A stretch of 63,897 nucleotides of DNA, filler included, from Salisapilia sapeloensis CBS 127946 (GCA_023334545.1; 6 parts of 6 records of this genome joined end to end with filler, not necessarily neighbours in it), one strand, 5' to 3'. Counted from the whole stretch's first letter, positions 42,793 through 56,800 are shown. Numbers and translations are program-made. Notes: generated from the letters alone by a model not told the origin.

Positions 42793-44369
42793 ATGGCGAC
42801 CGAGAGCTCTTCCCTCCTGCCGGGCCAAACGAATGCGAGTGATCCTCGGGAACGTCGTGTCTTCGTCGCCAAACTTGGCTTTCTACTCTTGCTCATTATA
42901 TTCGGCTGGTGGAGTTTCGGCCCGAACGCATCGGTGCCTTCCCCGAAATCATATCCCCCGGCGATCCGGGAAAAAGATTTTTTCTGCGGCGTTGGCCAGT
43001 ATGAGACAGGATTCATTCAGTTACCAAACAAAGTAGATGACCAGTACTTTTACTGGTACTTGGAATCGAGCAATGACCCGTCATCCGATCCTTTAGTGCT
43101 GTGGATGACGGGTGGACCAGGCGTTAGTTCGCTCTTGGCCATGATCACTGAAAACGGCCCATGTCTCGTCCACACGAACTCTTCCACCGAGTTCAATCCA
43201 TATGCCTGGACGCACTCAAGTAACCTCCTATACGTTGATCAGCCTACTGGCGTCGGATTTAGCCATTCTTCAAGACCAAAGGCTGATAAAGACTTTAATG
43301 AGCACGATGTCGGTGTCAACATGTACCACTTCCTCCAAGGATTCCTTCGAGAGCATCCAGAGCTGGAAGGAAGGGAGTTCTACGTCACTGGCGAATCCTA
43401 TGGTAAGCTTGTATATCGTATATAAAACTATTTTGTAGATGTGGTAACCTCGAGGATGATGTAGGTGGTCACTATGTACCAGCTGTGGCTCATTATATCT
43501 GGCAGCAGAATCGACACACTGCTCCAGATATGAGTGTGATCAACCTCCAAGGCATTGCAATTGGCAACGGACTGACCAACCCTGTCGTCCAGTACGCTCA
43601 TAATGTCGATATGGCAGATAACGCATACAACATCACTCTCCTATACGACGGTGAGATCACTAAGATGAAGAGTGATTCGCAATTGTGCATTGCCATGACA
43701 GAACAGTGTCAGCAGACGCCAAAGAACGGATCGATCTGTGCCGATGCACAAGAGTGCTGGACGCAACGTCTCATCGCTCCGTTCTTCCAACACAAGTCGG
43801 TGAACAACTACGACATTCGTGAAACTTGCGGTGCTGTTGCTAGTGACTCGGGTAGTCTTGAAGCCGACACACGAGGTCTTGCATGCAACGACATGAGTGG
43901 TCAGCAGCAGTACCTTGACTCGAAAATCGTTCGTCAGCACATCAACGTGAGCTTTGACGATGCCAAGCACTGGGTCGCGATGAACCAGGACGTGTACCAT
44001 ACGTTTGTGAAGGACGGAGATTGGTCCATGGCGACACATCCGCTCGTCGCAGATCTACTGAATGCAGAGCTGAAAGTCTTGATTTACGCCGGTGATGCGG
44101 ATCTCATGTGCAATTGGCAGGGAAACTATGCCTGGACTAAAGTGTTGGAGTGGGATGGAAAGGATGGATATAATGATGCCTTGGAGCGTCCGTTGATGAG
44201 CAGTGATCCGTTGGATCCAAGTGTACTACCTGTGGAAAGTGGTATGGTTCGATCATACCGCAATTTTGCCTTTGTGCGTGTATCGAATGCAGGGCACATG
44301 GTTCCCAAAGACGCACCGATGGTCTCATTGGACATGCTCAACAAGTTTTTGAATGACCAAGAATTATAG
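42793..44369 (+). CDS. Serine carboxypeptidase, family S10, with an N-terminal membrane anchor; 2 exons
   Basis: Exons 42793-43402 and 43465-44369. WMTGGPGVSS, YVDQPTGVGFS, catalytic GESYGGHY across the intron, GDADLMCN, AGHMVP. Confidence 0.96.
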
Positions 44370-45468
44370 TGAAATGAAATGTCAAGTACGAAAGCTTGAA
44401 CGGGCTCGTTATTCTTTCGTTTGTTGTTTGTTAATACTGATGGTCAGGTGCAGTCATCTTTCCTGTGTGAGTCTAGGACGCCTACATCGTTGTGATAGTC
44501 ACTGAAACACTAGCATCTACTATAGTCATGGAGATCTCGCAGCAGGAAAGATTGGGATTGGTGTTTCCCTAGTTGATCTGGTCGTTTTTTATGCTCGTGA
44601 CAGCTACCTCTCCATTCCCTTCATTCCTTGGTGACAAGGATAAGCTTATTAGATACTTTACTACGTAAATGACCACGCTGTGGCCTAATCAGGCAGTAGT
44701 TCACATTTCATAATTCAATTAGTGGATATTCTTTGTCCAAAGATTAAAGATTGCTAATAAATTCCATCGAGGAAGGAGATGGGACCTATAATCAAGATGT
44801 GACGGATACTCCGAACAATTTTAACCCAATTTTTCATTTTGATAACTTTGGCGTTCATTCTGTGGCTCAATGGCGTGCTTCATGTTTCAGTAGTTGTGGG
44901 AAACGAGAGGAGCTGGTCTTGGGACATCAGATCTACAGCATTCATGACAGGTAAGGAGAAGACTGCCGATTTCTTGAATGCGACAACAGTTAAAATGGAA
45001 ATTGCGAGTTTTTTCATATTCACGTGAATGCAGAATTTCTGGCGAATGTATCTGTATTAAGCAAAGAGAATGAAAGAGTAATATGGAAGTACGCTCTTCA
45101 CAATTGCTCTATCCAGGACGCATGATTCATGGGTATCGAATGAAATCTCATACACCAGACTCCGTATCCAGTTAACACCTCATCTTTTAAAACTATCCCC
45201 AAAGCACTCATTGAAAGTACAAACTCAACATGATTACTATCCACACAGAGAGCGACTCCGATACTTCTAATCGCATCATGATGTGAATGAACCTACTGAC
45301 TTGAAGATAAAACCTCTCATATTCGTTCGTTGACAGCTACGGTACTCCTCGACTGTGTTACTTTCAAACAAAGAACCTTTTATAATTGATCTCATTGGAC
45401 ACAAACAAATCTTTTGGCGTGTGGCGATCGCCAATAGATGCGAAGCCGCAGCTATCCACGCATTAAGC

Positions 45469-46739
45469 ATGTCGTCTTCCATACGAAACAGTGCCATGGA
45501 AGCGAATGGATACAGCACGTTTCAAAGTGTTGGCAAGGTCAAATGTGACCCACCAGTCATTGAAAATGCCTCGATTTTTGAGAAACTTTTCTTCTCGTAC
45601 ACACACCCGGTCATGCAAGTTGGAAATGCAAAGCAACTAGACACTCGCGACTTGCATCCGCTGCCTAAACAGTTCTCTACAAACGGAACTTACTTGCCCT
45701 TTAAGCTCAACTATGACAAGACAGAAAAATCGATTATCAAGGCTATTGTGTACACCTATAAATGGCCTCTTCTAGGTAGCTTAGCTGGCACCTTCTTCAC
45801 TGCTGGTGCAACTGTATTCGCTCCCGCAGTGCTGCATCATGTTGTCGATGCTTTTACTCAGCCGACTATGAATGTTGTTGACCTACTGACATGGATCGGT
45901 GCTTTCTTTGCTGTCCGATTGGCCAACGCCATCATCGCTCCACACTGTGGCTACCATCTGCAGCTCGTGTCCTTACGAGTGATGGTGGCACTACGCACCA
46001 TGCTCTTCCGTAAGTCATTGCGATGTAGTGTTGCGACTAAAAATGCTGCTGACGTCGCTGATGTGAACAATATGTACACGACCGATGTCATTAGTTTGAT
46101 GTGGGCTGCCTATCAGCTTGGGAACGTCATCGTGCTGCCTTTGCAAACTGTTGTTGTCACGATTATGTTGTATAATGTGATTGGTGTCGCAGCATTTGCT
46201 GGTGTTGCTACGATCTTAGTTGCATTGTTTTCGAGCTTTGCAATTGCAAGACTAAGTGGAAACGCCTTCGCAGACGTTATGAGTGGCAAAGACGTTCGGA
46301 ACAAAGTGGTGAAAGAAGCGTTTGGTGCAATTCAGATTGTAAAGTTGAATGCTTGGGAAAAGAAGTTTAGAAGTAAAATCATGGATGTCAGATTCACAGA
46401 GATGAAAGCGTTGGCGAGATACTTGTATTTGACAGCGCTAAACACATTTACGTTGTGGTCATCGCCTCTCTTTGTTTCTATCACGACCTTCTCCGTCTAT
46501 TCACTAGTGCTTAGAGAAACATTGACCGCAGCAAAGGTGTTTACTGCCATGGCTCTCTTCGACTCGCTACGAGAACCATTAAGAGTCTTACCAGCGGTTA
46601 TTCAGATGATGATCCAGTCCAAGGTGTCGGTGGACCGTATCAGCAAATTCCTGGCGATGGAGGAATACGATCAGAGTAACGTCGACCGTGAAGACCCGTC
46701 GCAGCCGAGTGACGTTGCAGTCTCGATTCAGGACGGAAC
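45469..46739 (+). CDS. ABC transporter subfamily C (MRP-like), 5' part (TMD1), truncated by the spacer
   Basis: EKLFFSYTHPVMQVGNAKQLDTRDL, IQIVKLNAWE, FTAMALFDSLREPL, KVSVDRISKFL; ends at VSIQDG just before NBD1. Confidence 0.92.
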
Positions 46740-46839
46740 NNNNNNNNNNNNNNNNNNNNNNNNNNNNNNNNNNNNNNNNNNNNTTAATTAATTAANNNNN
46801 NNNNNNNNNNNNNNNNNNNNNNNNNNNNNNNNNNNNNNN
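46740..46839. other. Artificial contig spacer
   Basis: 44 N + TTAATTAATTAA + 44 N. Confidence 0.98.
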
Positions 46840-46967
46840 CGGACGCCGAGCTGGCAGACCGGAAGAAGAACTGGACCGCCCCGCCGCTCAAGTCCACCAA
46901 CGGGACGCTCTACAAGTACATCAAGAACGTCTCCTCGGCATCCGAAGGCTGCGTCACGGACGAATAG
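46840..46967 (+). CDS. ILV3: Dihydroxy-acid dehydratase (IlvD/Ilv3), C-terminal 41 codons only
   Basis: [41 protein letters not shown] matches the IlvD C-terminal motif EL..R...W..P......G.L.KY...VSSAS.GAVTD. Not listed in the ORF track. Confidence 0.88.
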
Positions 46968-47257
46968 GACTATAAAGAAGGTAGCAATGGTCAAGTTGTT
47001 GTCGTCGTCGTTACTGATAAAGACCAGAATACATATAGGAGATGAAAAGCTAAGAGACAACCTAGATGTTGGATTTAAATCGGTGTTCGAATCGATCTGT
47101 CTTCGATCAAGATTCAAGCTTACAAGCGCATCTTATCTCTTGCTTTCGTTCGAGTTAAAAGCGAAGCTAAGCTAAGGACTGAGAAGGAATAAATGCATCT
47201 TTTCGGAAGGCACAGATAGGTACGAGCACGAAAGAGAGGACAGACATTGTGCCGCGC

Positions 47258-49693
47258 CTAATACTCGCCCGATGTCTGTGGTGGCGCCGGAGTCGACGTC
47301 TGCTGGCCAGTGGCGAGTTGCTGCTGCGTATGATACGACTTTAGAAGAAGCTTGCGCATGCGTTCGTGAGCTTCATAGTATGCTGCGTTGTAATCAGCTT
47401 GATACCTCATCTGTGGGGCAGATGCAGTGCTGGCGTCCATCGCTGCTAGTTGTCCAGGCATGTCATTCAGCATCTCGTAACCTCGCGCCAACATTGAGTC
47501 CGATTTGCTTAGCTCCGTGGAAGGAGCTTCAGTCGATGGACGCAGCCCGTTTCGATCAAATACCATGGACCCATTCCCGGCTTCCTGACTGATGCTATGC
47601 GTAGCACTTCGTTCCATGGTCGTGACCGCCAGCGTCGCGAGACGCTCCATTGTAAAAGCATAACTAGCCCCAAGCGAGTCGCGTTTGGCAGTATCCGCCA
47701 CGCAGACGTATCCAAGTCTCTTGCCAGCTCGAGAGTAGATCGGGCAACCAGCAAAATACCTTATCTGCGGCTGATCACGTCGTGGGAAGTAGGAGCGTAC
47801 TTCACTATCGATATTCGCGTCCAGTACGATAGTAGGAGTGCTACCCATCACTTTATCGACGAAGATGCATAGTTCTTCATCCAGTTGCGGACTTTTATCC
47901 AGCCCAGTGGCTGACCGAACACAGTCTCCAGCTGCATCCAATATGGACACAGATGCAATGGGGCAGTTGAGTGTCTGACAAGCGAGTTCGCAGAGCAAGT
48001 CGAACATATTGCTGTTGCTTCCTGCTCGTAAGGATGCAGAAGCCGGCAGCATCCGCGACTTTAACGTACGTTCATCGATAAAGTCGTTTAGTTCCGCTGG
48101 AAGAGCTCTTGCATTGGGATCCAAGTGCTCTGGATCTATCTCAGTGGTGTTGGATGAAGATGAGAAGCTGGAGGAACTATGGGTTCGTCTCGCCATGTCC
48201 TGATTTCCACTAGCTTGAATTGACGACTCGAGAGCAATTTGACTGCTGGAACTCTCGGGGTTATCCGTGTACGACGAACGGGCAAAGGAGGAGCCACCGT
48301 TTAGGTTACTGAAGCTTCGTGCACGTACAAATCGATCGAACATGTTGGATTTTTCGAGACGCTTGAGCGGCGTTGACCGAGCACGAATGCAGCAGACTTT
48401 GCAGAGGCGCAGCTTGGAATATCCAATTACAGGTAGATCGATCGTCTCCACTGTTGAGCAGTCCGAACAAATGACCTAGTCCGTACACGATAAGTTTCTA
48501 TTTGAAGATAATATGTATAAATGGTAAAGTACCTCTCCACATTTACGGCAATGATGTTTCCGGCGCAATGTGTAGAAATGCCGCATGCATAGATGGCAAT
48601 TGGTTCTCTCCGTGTCTTTGACCCAAGTCGTGCGGTGAATGTAGAGCTGGCTACTCATGCGTAGGTCCTCTACAATCCCTTGTAGACGATTTAAGCACGA
48701 GAGGAAGATGCTACTGACCATTTGGGCATGCTTTGAAGGGAAGCTACCGCACATTATGACCTCTGTCTCTTCTTCTGAAAGTCGACGCCAGAAGACACCA
48801 AACTTGGTGAGATGTGTGCGGGTAAGGCCATGTGTGTCCTTGAGCTCCATGCAGCCAACGCGTTCACCTTCCGCGGAAGTGAAGCACCATAAGTGGACAT
48901 GTTCTTGATGTTCCGTGTTCGGAACATAGGCGACGGAAAGGTAATCCACGAGACAGAGGTCGCGTTTACCAGTGGCGCCAGTGTCAAAAGCACCCCACTT
49001 GACAGTTAGCAGTTCCTCTGCTCGACCATCATCGTTATGAGCAAGCTCATGCTCGTCGAGCTGACTGCCTCCATTTCCTTTAGAGGTTTCTACGCTTCCT
49101 GTTTCGGAGCTTCGACACTCAGACCTTTCGTCACTCGCTTGGTATCTCGAAGGTTGTCTCTCTATGAGCTCCACGCTATCTTCTCCAGCCAAGTTTGAAG
49201 ATATATTCTCACTGTCGGCATGATGTGTCTTAGGGATGGTTACATCCGAACCACTGCTGCTGGCATGCTCGGACTCGTCTTCTTCTTTGGTCGCCATATT
49301 TGGAACTTGGACCGTGTGAAGGATAATGGAGTCAACATAATGCTTTCCAAAGCATTTACGCATGAACTCACGCCAACTTTCCGTCTGAGTGTTTGAGATT
49401 ACTTGATTCAGCTCGTGCTCTTGGCAGCGTAAGACTGTGGCTGCGCGCACCAATCGAAAGGAAGATGCCAAGTTACTAGTGTCCTTCCGAATCTGCGTGC
49501 CATCCTTTTCAGGAGGAATGTAGCGCCACTGATCGTTGAATGACTGATTCAAGCATGCAGTTGCATTTTTCTTTGCAAGCTTATAAAGCTTGTCGTTCTT
49601 GCGCTTGGTCAAGGGGAGACTGCGAAAGAAGTTGGTACGTAGTGGAAACCCACTAGAGTTACCATGCGCATAATTGCTCGAGTGTGATGACAT
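47258..49693 (-). CDS. START-like, FYVE zinc finger and GAF domain protein; 2 exons
   Basis: Exons 49693-48533 and 48475-47258, 792 aa. FYVE WVKD...CHLC...RRKHHCRKCGEV|ICSDC...LRLCKVC spans the intron; GAF FDLLCELACQTLNCPIASVS...IRYFAGCPI...LGYVCVAD. Confidence 0.93.
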
Positions 49694-52519
49694 GGTGCGA
49701 CTTGCTGCGCAGGGATAAGGTTGGGATGGATAAGTGGTGAAGGTAGAGGGAGAAGGCCGAGGGCAGACGAAACTCTGACTCGATGCGAGTGCGGGTTGAT
49801 TTCGTTGTGGCAGTCGAAAGCGGCTTTCTAGCCATTAATTACGTCAAGGCAACGGAAGGTTTGAGCAGCCTAGAGCACGTTCTGCAAAGCGACAGAATGA
49901 CATTACAGAAGAAAGGAAGAATATGGTCATGTTACCAATGTTGGAAGTCCCATTTGCCTACTTTCTAGCCTTGGATCAAGTGAACTTGACGGTAGCACGC
50001 TGCATTTATGATCGGCCTTTTTTCCACCCTTATCTTCTGTCTTTCGGCTAGCTTTTTCCTTCTGCATTCACCAATGCGAGGTAGGAGAATAGCGAAGTGG
50101 AAGGCCAGAAAATGTTAGAAGAAGAGAACGAGTGCTGATTTGAAAATGTAGAGAGAGGTTTGTGATGCGAAAAGGTACCAACGGAGACTTATTCATGTTC
50201 ACAAGATGTGGTGCTATGTGTAAAGGCTACGTGTAGAAAGCTAGAAGAATTATACAGCAAGATCGGGAATGCCTCCTAGTCTACCATGACGAAACTTATT
50301 ACTTGAAGCAGGCTTGGCGAACGCGCTATGGTATATATCATTTGAAGCGCAAAGCACTCATGTTGGAAGAAAAAGATCAGCACAAAAGCTTGGCTCAATC
50401 GCATTAGCGCAACTGAGCGTAAATCAAGTCCTGCGTAGCATCCGTTTGTGGTGTGCGCACACGTAAAAGAACATCAATCTTGGAATCGAAGAGGTGTCCA
50501 GAGCTAGAAGATATGGAAAAATCGATAAACTTATTCGAAACTCTTCGTTTCAGTAGTCACCTCGTTTGTGAGCTATGTAGTTGCGTATGCACGCTTGCGG
50601 AAATGAGATGGTCTCTTCTCCACTTTGCAGGCGAAAGTTTCCACGCCAATTAGCCGAAGATGGAAGCGTTCGTTTTTCGGCAACGCTGGACAAATATGTG
50701 TTGTGGTCGCATCGTAGTAAAAATACGAACAATGCAGGAGAAGACTGTGACCTGTCAGATTTATAGACTAAATGATGCGCTGTCGTGCACTTGTAAGTGT
50801 ATACAGAATACGGGTCGGAACGATGATTTGAAACTAGTTGTTCCAGCATAAACGTCGGATTCACTTTTATCTACATACGGATAGCATGGCAGTTGCCCTG
50901 ACTAATTTGTTAGATCCATTAATCTTCGGCTCCTTTTTCATAGACACTCAGTAGTCACAAGCGCCATGCTAGAATAAATTTTTTCCATGTTGCTGAGCAA
51001 TGCTAGTGACGATCTTAGGCTAGCATGAAAGCGTATGTGCGTGTGTACGTCATTTTAGGCCATGGTTGAGATACGTGCATTGCAGCGTACATCGCTGCTG
51101 TACTTACTATTTAACATATCTATCAATATGACTGGTTAGAATGCCAAGTTACCAATTTATTACTTCCTACTCATTTGTGGTCATAAATCCTCCACAAACA
51201 CTATTACAATAAAAGGAGAAGCAAGTGGGAACGTTTTGGTTTATTAGGGAGCGATTGATAATAAATAAGGGATTTTGGAGGAATTTGTCTTCTTGCTTTC
51301 ACATCATACGTGAGCCTTGAAAAAATAGCGCGCTTAACAAGTATGCAAAACATAAATTTCATGTAGTAATCTTGGAGCTACAATATACGATAGAGCAGTA
51401 CATGAGATTGCTGGAACGGCTGGAAGCACTCTCCCGCTGGTCGATGCATTGCAATGGCAACCAGTATCTTGCATGAAAATTCTCATTCGATGAACCTGTA
51501 CTTGATATTGTTGACAGCAAGTAAGGAACCGTTTCTACACGGAAGCTTTAACGCAGCTAGCAACCGATTGTAGGCATCGTTTGAACGATGATCGTCCAGT
51601 CAATAATAAAGACATGAAAACGGAAGCTACTGGGTTAATAGAAATGAAGGAGATGAAAATAACGCTAAAATTAATACTATCAACTCTGCATAAGTACTCG
51701 AGTAATACTTATAAAATTAAAATCTCGTTGCTTAAGAGCATGAGATTGTCTAATTCCCACGTACACGCTTACCTCCTATTTGTATCGAAGACAAAGCAAG
51801 TGGATTTTATGCAGAAAGCTGACGTTTTAAACTCTCATTCTATGCGGTCAGAAAACTACTCGGGTTGAATTTGCGTCAAAGAAACAGAATAGACGTCATG
51901 CGAGACTCTATATATATCTTCTCAGTTTTCTATTGTTTCCATAACAGTAGAATTATCGAAAACAATGGTTATAGAGCGCTCACAAGCACTAGCAAGAGCG
52001 CTTCTAAGGACTCAAACAAGCTCTATGTACATACTAGAAGGTCAGTGCCACTGGAAATATGCACAATTAGACTTTGTTCTTCAAAATTACTCCATACCAA
52101 GCAAGCTGTTACTATTATATTCTACTTACACTTATCGGTCTGTGAGTTTGTTCAACATCTTAACCAAATTGAATACAGAACTACGTTGCGCTTAAATTAG
52201 ATGAATACTAATCTGATAGATGTCATCTTCCAGTTAACTTTAACCACAGAACATGTATGCGTTCATATAGCTAAGACCATAACTTCGATTCATAGTGATA
52301 TCGCGAATTAAAAGAATCGCTTCCTGGTCGAAATTTAGTTATAGCTTATCATTTAAAGTAGACAATTTAAAGTAATTGGCATTCTCCTTTCCCAATGGAC
52401 TACGCGGACGACCAGCTAACCCATGTAATATAAATTTACTGGAAACGAACAAAAATCTTACAACCATTCATGGTATAGTATCAATTTCTTTCCGTCTAAG
52501 ACCATCTTATAAAGCTTGA

Positions 52520-53852
52520 TCACGACAGGAAGCGCTCTGGATGTTGAGTGCTTGCACAGAGACGATGTACCAAGTTTTTGTAGACTTCATCGAAGATAGA
52601 GGACGCAGTGGACACAGGAAGTTGAAGAGGACGGTCTTCATCAAAAGGCAAGTATGTTGACGTCGTCTGAATGAACACTCTCACATAAGATTTGTTTTCT
52701 GGGTCCTCTGGAGATGGTTCACAGAACAACCAGCTCCGGTCCGAAAGTGGTGACCAAGAACCAGACTTCTCACGCTCGCCGTATTCGCCGCTGGATGCCG
52801 TAAAGATTCCAAAACAGCGACTGTTTATTGTATTCATACGCAATGCGATGCGAGATACAACGCTCACGGGATGATCAAGTGATGTGAGGGATAGTTCCCA
52901 TCCAATTGTGTTGCTTTCCAGCATCTCGCATTTGTTCTATTCAATAAACTACGTCAATTAGCTGTACATGGAAATGATGGTGAAGTTTATACTCGGCGCA
53001 ATCCGTTGCTAACTTCTATTTGGTATCTCTGTTGACACAGAAAATGCCGATATATGCTCGCGATATCCTCAAACCGATAGGGAACTTCGAATACTTCGGT
53101 CAATTCGAGGAATTTAGCTTCATCGCCTTGCTTTTGAGAGGTGAAGTTTCGGACGCCAGGTGGAACTTGGAGTTTCTTGTAGACCATACTGGCCATAGAA
53201 TCGGAGCGATCAAGAGTTGTAAGTAGAGATCGCATAATATGATTCGGCAAGGTTGAGAAGCTGGATGTCATGGGGGGACAGTTGGCCATGACAATAGCTT
53301 GAACTTGTTCGAGTTTCTGTCGGACATTGCATTGAAATAGCTGAAGTTGCTCACCTTTCTCAGCTACTCGCTTTCGCAGCCTTTTATTTTCCGCTGCGCT
53401 TTGGTTGTGCAGCATCTTTTCCCTTCTCGCTCGCTTCTTCCATATAGATTCACTCACAGAGTTGCCTTCTTGTTCCCCAAACTTTATACGTAGACGAACA
53501 AGCTCCTTTTCCAGCTCTATTGCAGTCGCTTTCCATTTCTCTACTTCCTCTCGATGGATGGCTGAAGCACTTTTCTTAGACCGCGTAGCCGTCTTGGATG
53601 CCTTATTCATTTTGACCGCTTTGTCTGTACTGGTTGGCGAACAATATAAATTTTCATCAGACGCCAGAGATTCCAAGTCGGATAGATCATTCATTGTCTA
53701 CTAGCGGATGAGCCTTCGTCTAGCTTTTACCTAGGCGATCAGGTTACCTGGGAGTCGAACACGCTAGGAATCGCCTCATGGACAGTTTCAATGGAGGAAG
53801 TGATGAGCTGCTCCTCATCGACGGACAGCTCTAAGCCAAAGGAACTCGCCAT
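52520..53852 (-). CDS. M96 mating-specific-family-like protein (bZIP-like coiled coil plus START-like region); 3 exons
   Basis: Exons 53852-53748, 53697-53014, 52936-52520, all phase 0. IWKKRARREKMLHNQSAAENKRLRKRV fits the family W...A.RQ...R..SE.EN.RLR pattern. Confidence 0.7.
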
Positions 53853-56800
53853 GCCTGGTGTATGTGCGATTTGAATTATGCTTCGTTTGAGGTGTTGTGG
53901 TCACTTTGCCAATTGAATCATGTACAGACATACGGATGACGTAAAACAATGGTGTAATGCACACTTGTACCTGCCATTATCTTCCTCTGGCGTCGCTCTA
54001 ACCAGTACATATTTGTTCTTCTATTAAAGTCATGATAAATCAAATTGGGTGAGAAATGAATTTACCAGATACATGCTTAAAATTCGACTTGAGCTCATAC
54101 AGTTGTGCCGAGCCACATAACATTTTCGTTTGTGTTGGTCATAGTATCCCGCAAGGTGAGACATTAAGATGCTCATTCGCAGTTGATATGCTTGCGCCAC
54201 TACATTCAAGCTAAATTGGACAGAACTATTTTCCATCTGGACATGCAAGCGTGCAAGTCCGATAGTGCAAGTCTAGAATATGCTCAATAGATAGTTGATG
54301 AGCATGACGGTATGATCATGCATTTAATTAAAAATAGCCGTTTATAAACTCCTTTTCAAGTAACCCGTATCGGTAACCACGAGCGGAGAAATTTTACAGC
54401 ACATTTGCGTCGTCTCTGGACATTAAAATTAAGTAGGTATCAGCAACTCCAGCCGACGAAGAAATCAAGCACATGTCAGCTTGAAGATGAAAAAGGATAT
54501 GCATGAATGAGCAGACTAACAAAAAAATAGCATTCCATTTCGTTGAATGTTAGAAGGCATGTACTAGGAAGATGCTTTATGATAAAATGTTAAAAGGTGA
54601 TGCCAGAGCACTGTAAATGCCAGTACTAAGAATGATCGATGACTTATTGAAAGCATCAAATTAGGAAATGAAGAAATATCAAGTCGTACGATCGATCGCA
54701 AAGTTGAGCGAAACCGGAGAAGCTACTTAAGGACAATTTGAAATGAAGACCGGCATCAGCTTCAGTTGAACAACCTACGCATACCTTATCGAATCGTCTA
54801 GTGGTGACAAGCTTAAACGGTCCCAAATTGATAGAGGCGCGCGAGGTTACCACTAGATAGTAACTTTGTCCATCCTTCCCCCGCGCTCTATATCTTCATC
54901 TGCGAACCAAAAAGCATTAGATGCATTTAGAGAACGAATAAACCGTTAGACAGGTATGCATTTGACCCGTAATTGGTAGGGCCATCAGATATCGTGGGTA
55001 ATTCGACAACAATGTAATTCACTTTCAAACTACTCTAGAAACAAATCATCAGACATATAACTTTCTTTGTCAAACCAATATCTGCACAATTTTCAAAAGG
55101 ATGTGTCAAACAAGTAGAAGGGAAGACTTATGTGCTTGCTTTAAGACACCTATCATTATGGCGCTTCAGATGGAGTCATCCGCCAGCTTATGATCGACTT
55201 TTGTGCTAATGAGCTAGAGTTTAAAGTGCACTATTTAATTCTGCTATCGCTGTTGTAGTTTTCTTCAAAAAATGTTCAATTGGATGCTTTGACGATTTTG
55301 TTTTGAGCTGACACCACTTAAAAAAAGGATGCGGAAATCAATCCTCCTCATATATTTGACTAGAAGTCTCTATATGTTTACATTGAAAGAGATACAGAAC
55401 GAATAAGTCTTTCAAATTATCGTGCAAGGAAAAGCTAGCTGTAAATAGCTAGTCTAATTGCGCAAAATCTCCCACGTCCTCGACGCTTATAGGCACTACG
55501 TTTAAAACAATGATCAGCATGTATCACAAGGGTGTTAAGCAGTGGATGTGGGAATGCAGCAAAAACACTGAAAAGTGTGCGTATGGTCTATCATACACGA
55601 TACTAGAAATACAGAAAGAGAGCTAATGTAAAGGGAAGATCATAAGCTATTGAAGTTACATATATTCCTATAAAGAAAGATTTCTGCATGCTGGAGTTCA
55701 CTCTTCCGCGACTATGAATCGTTTACTTTAATAATAGAGTAAGGATGCTGTCAAGCAGTACCGACCGGACACAACGACGATGCTTCGTCGAAACAGAATA
55801 GACGTGGAACGACACGGCGAGACGCAGCGTATCGTTTTTTGTGCTCCATGGTAAGGGCTTGCTGCGAGAAGACTGGGATGTTTGAACTAACTATTAGCAT
55901 GGAAACCTAGAAGATTATATTAATTGTTTTATTCATTAAGTATTATTCATAATATTCATAAAGTTTATAGATTCTTGTTAGACGATTACTTTTATTAGTC
56001 TACACTGCGGTCATTACTTCCGGTCCCAGAAGCGCTATAATTAGAAGATTATCTTCCGTAAAATAACTCGAAATGGCAGAAGATCTTTGTATATCATGCG
56101 GAGTGACGTACTCGATTACAACATACATCCAAGCACACAACCTGACAAGCCAATAAATTTATCCATTTGTAAGCAGTAGTCTATATTCATGCAAGTACTT
56201 CCATATTTATTCCCGCTCCCTCAACATCCCAATTCCGTGCACTTTATCGTGCATGTATCAATCAACATGCTCTGATCGTAGTCGCCCAACCTAAGCGCTT
56301 ACGTGCCGAACCAGCACGCATTTCTCCATACGTCAAAGGACTAAACTGTCAATAAATTTGCTAGTGCAATTGTCCATACTATGCAAAGAAAAGCACAGAT
56401 TTACTAATTTAGAGTAGAATATCATTTACACTTCTATTTGCCAAGCGACGACCATTCTAGGCACTTAGTTCGCCCAAGCTTCTATTTTTATTCAGCGATC
56501 GAGCATCAAAGCATTTTATATTTTGCTTTATACTAATTCGCTAACTGGCACAAGATTACTGCTTATCATACCACCGTAATTTTTATTGCTCTAGTTTTCG
56601 TGTAATGTGCATTTACTCAAATAGGCTTCACAACTCAACCTGCACATCTGAATAGCCGCCAGATACTAACGGCATTAAAGATGTAATGCCCCATTCCACA
56701 TATGGACATCTCAAATCGCAACTAGACTCGAGAGAAGCCTTACTACGTACGTCGACCACCAACATGTCAATCGACAAGAAGAAACCACAAAAAGATGAGA

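Noticed and set aside
45469-46967. Apparent fusion or linkage of the ABCC 5' part with the IlvD 3' part, and other cross-gap neighbourhoods
   Set aside because: The pieces are separated by artificial spacers; order and orientation of contigs are unverified.
49700-52500. Short ORFs in long gene-free stretches (also 38400-40700, 53900-56800, 58200-59720, 60205-61785)
   Set aside because: No recognisable domains or transposase, RT or integrase motifs, and no consistent splice pattern; treated as intergenic or decayed DNA.
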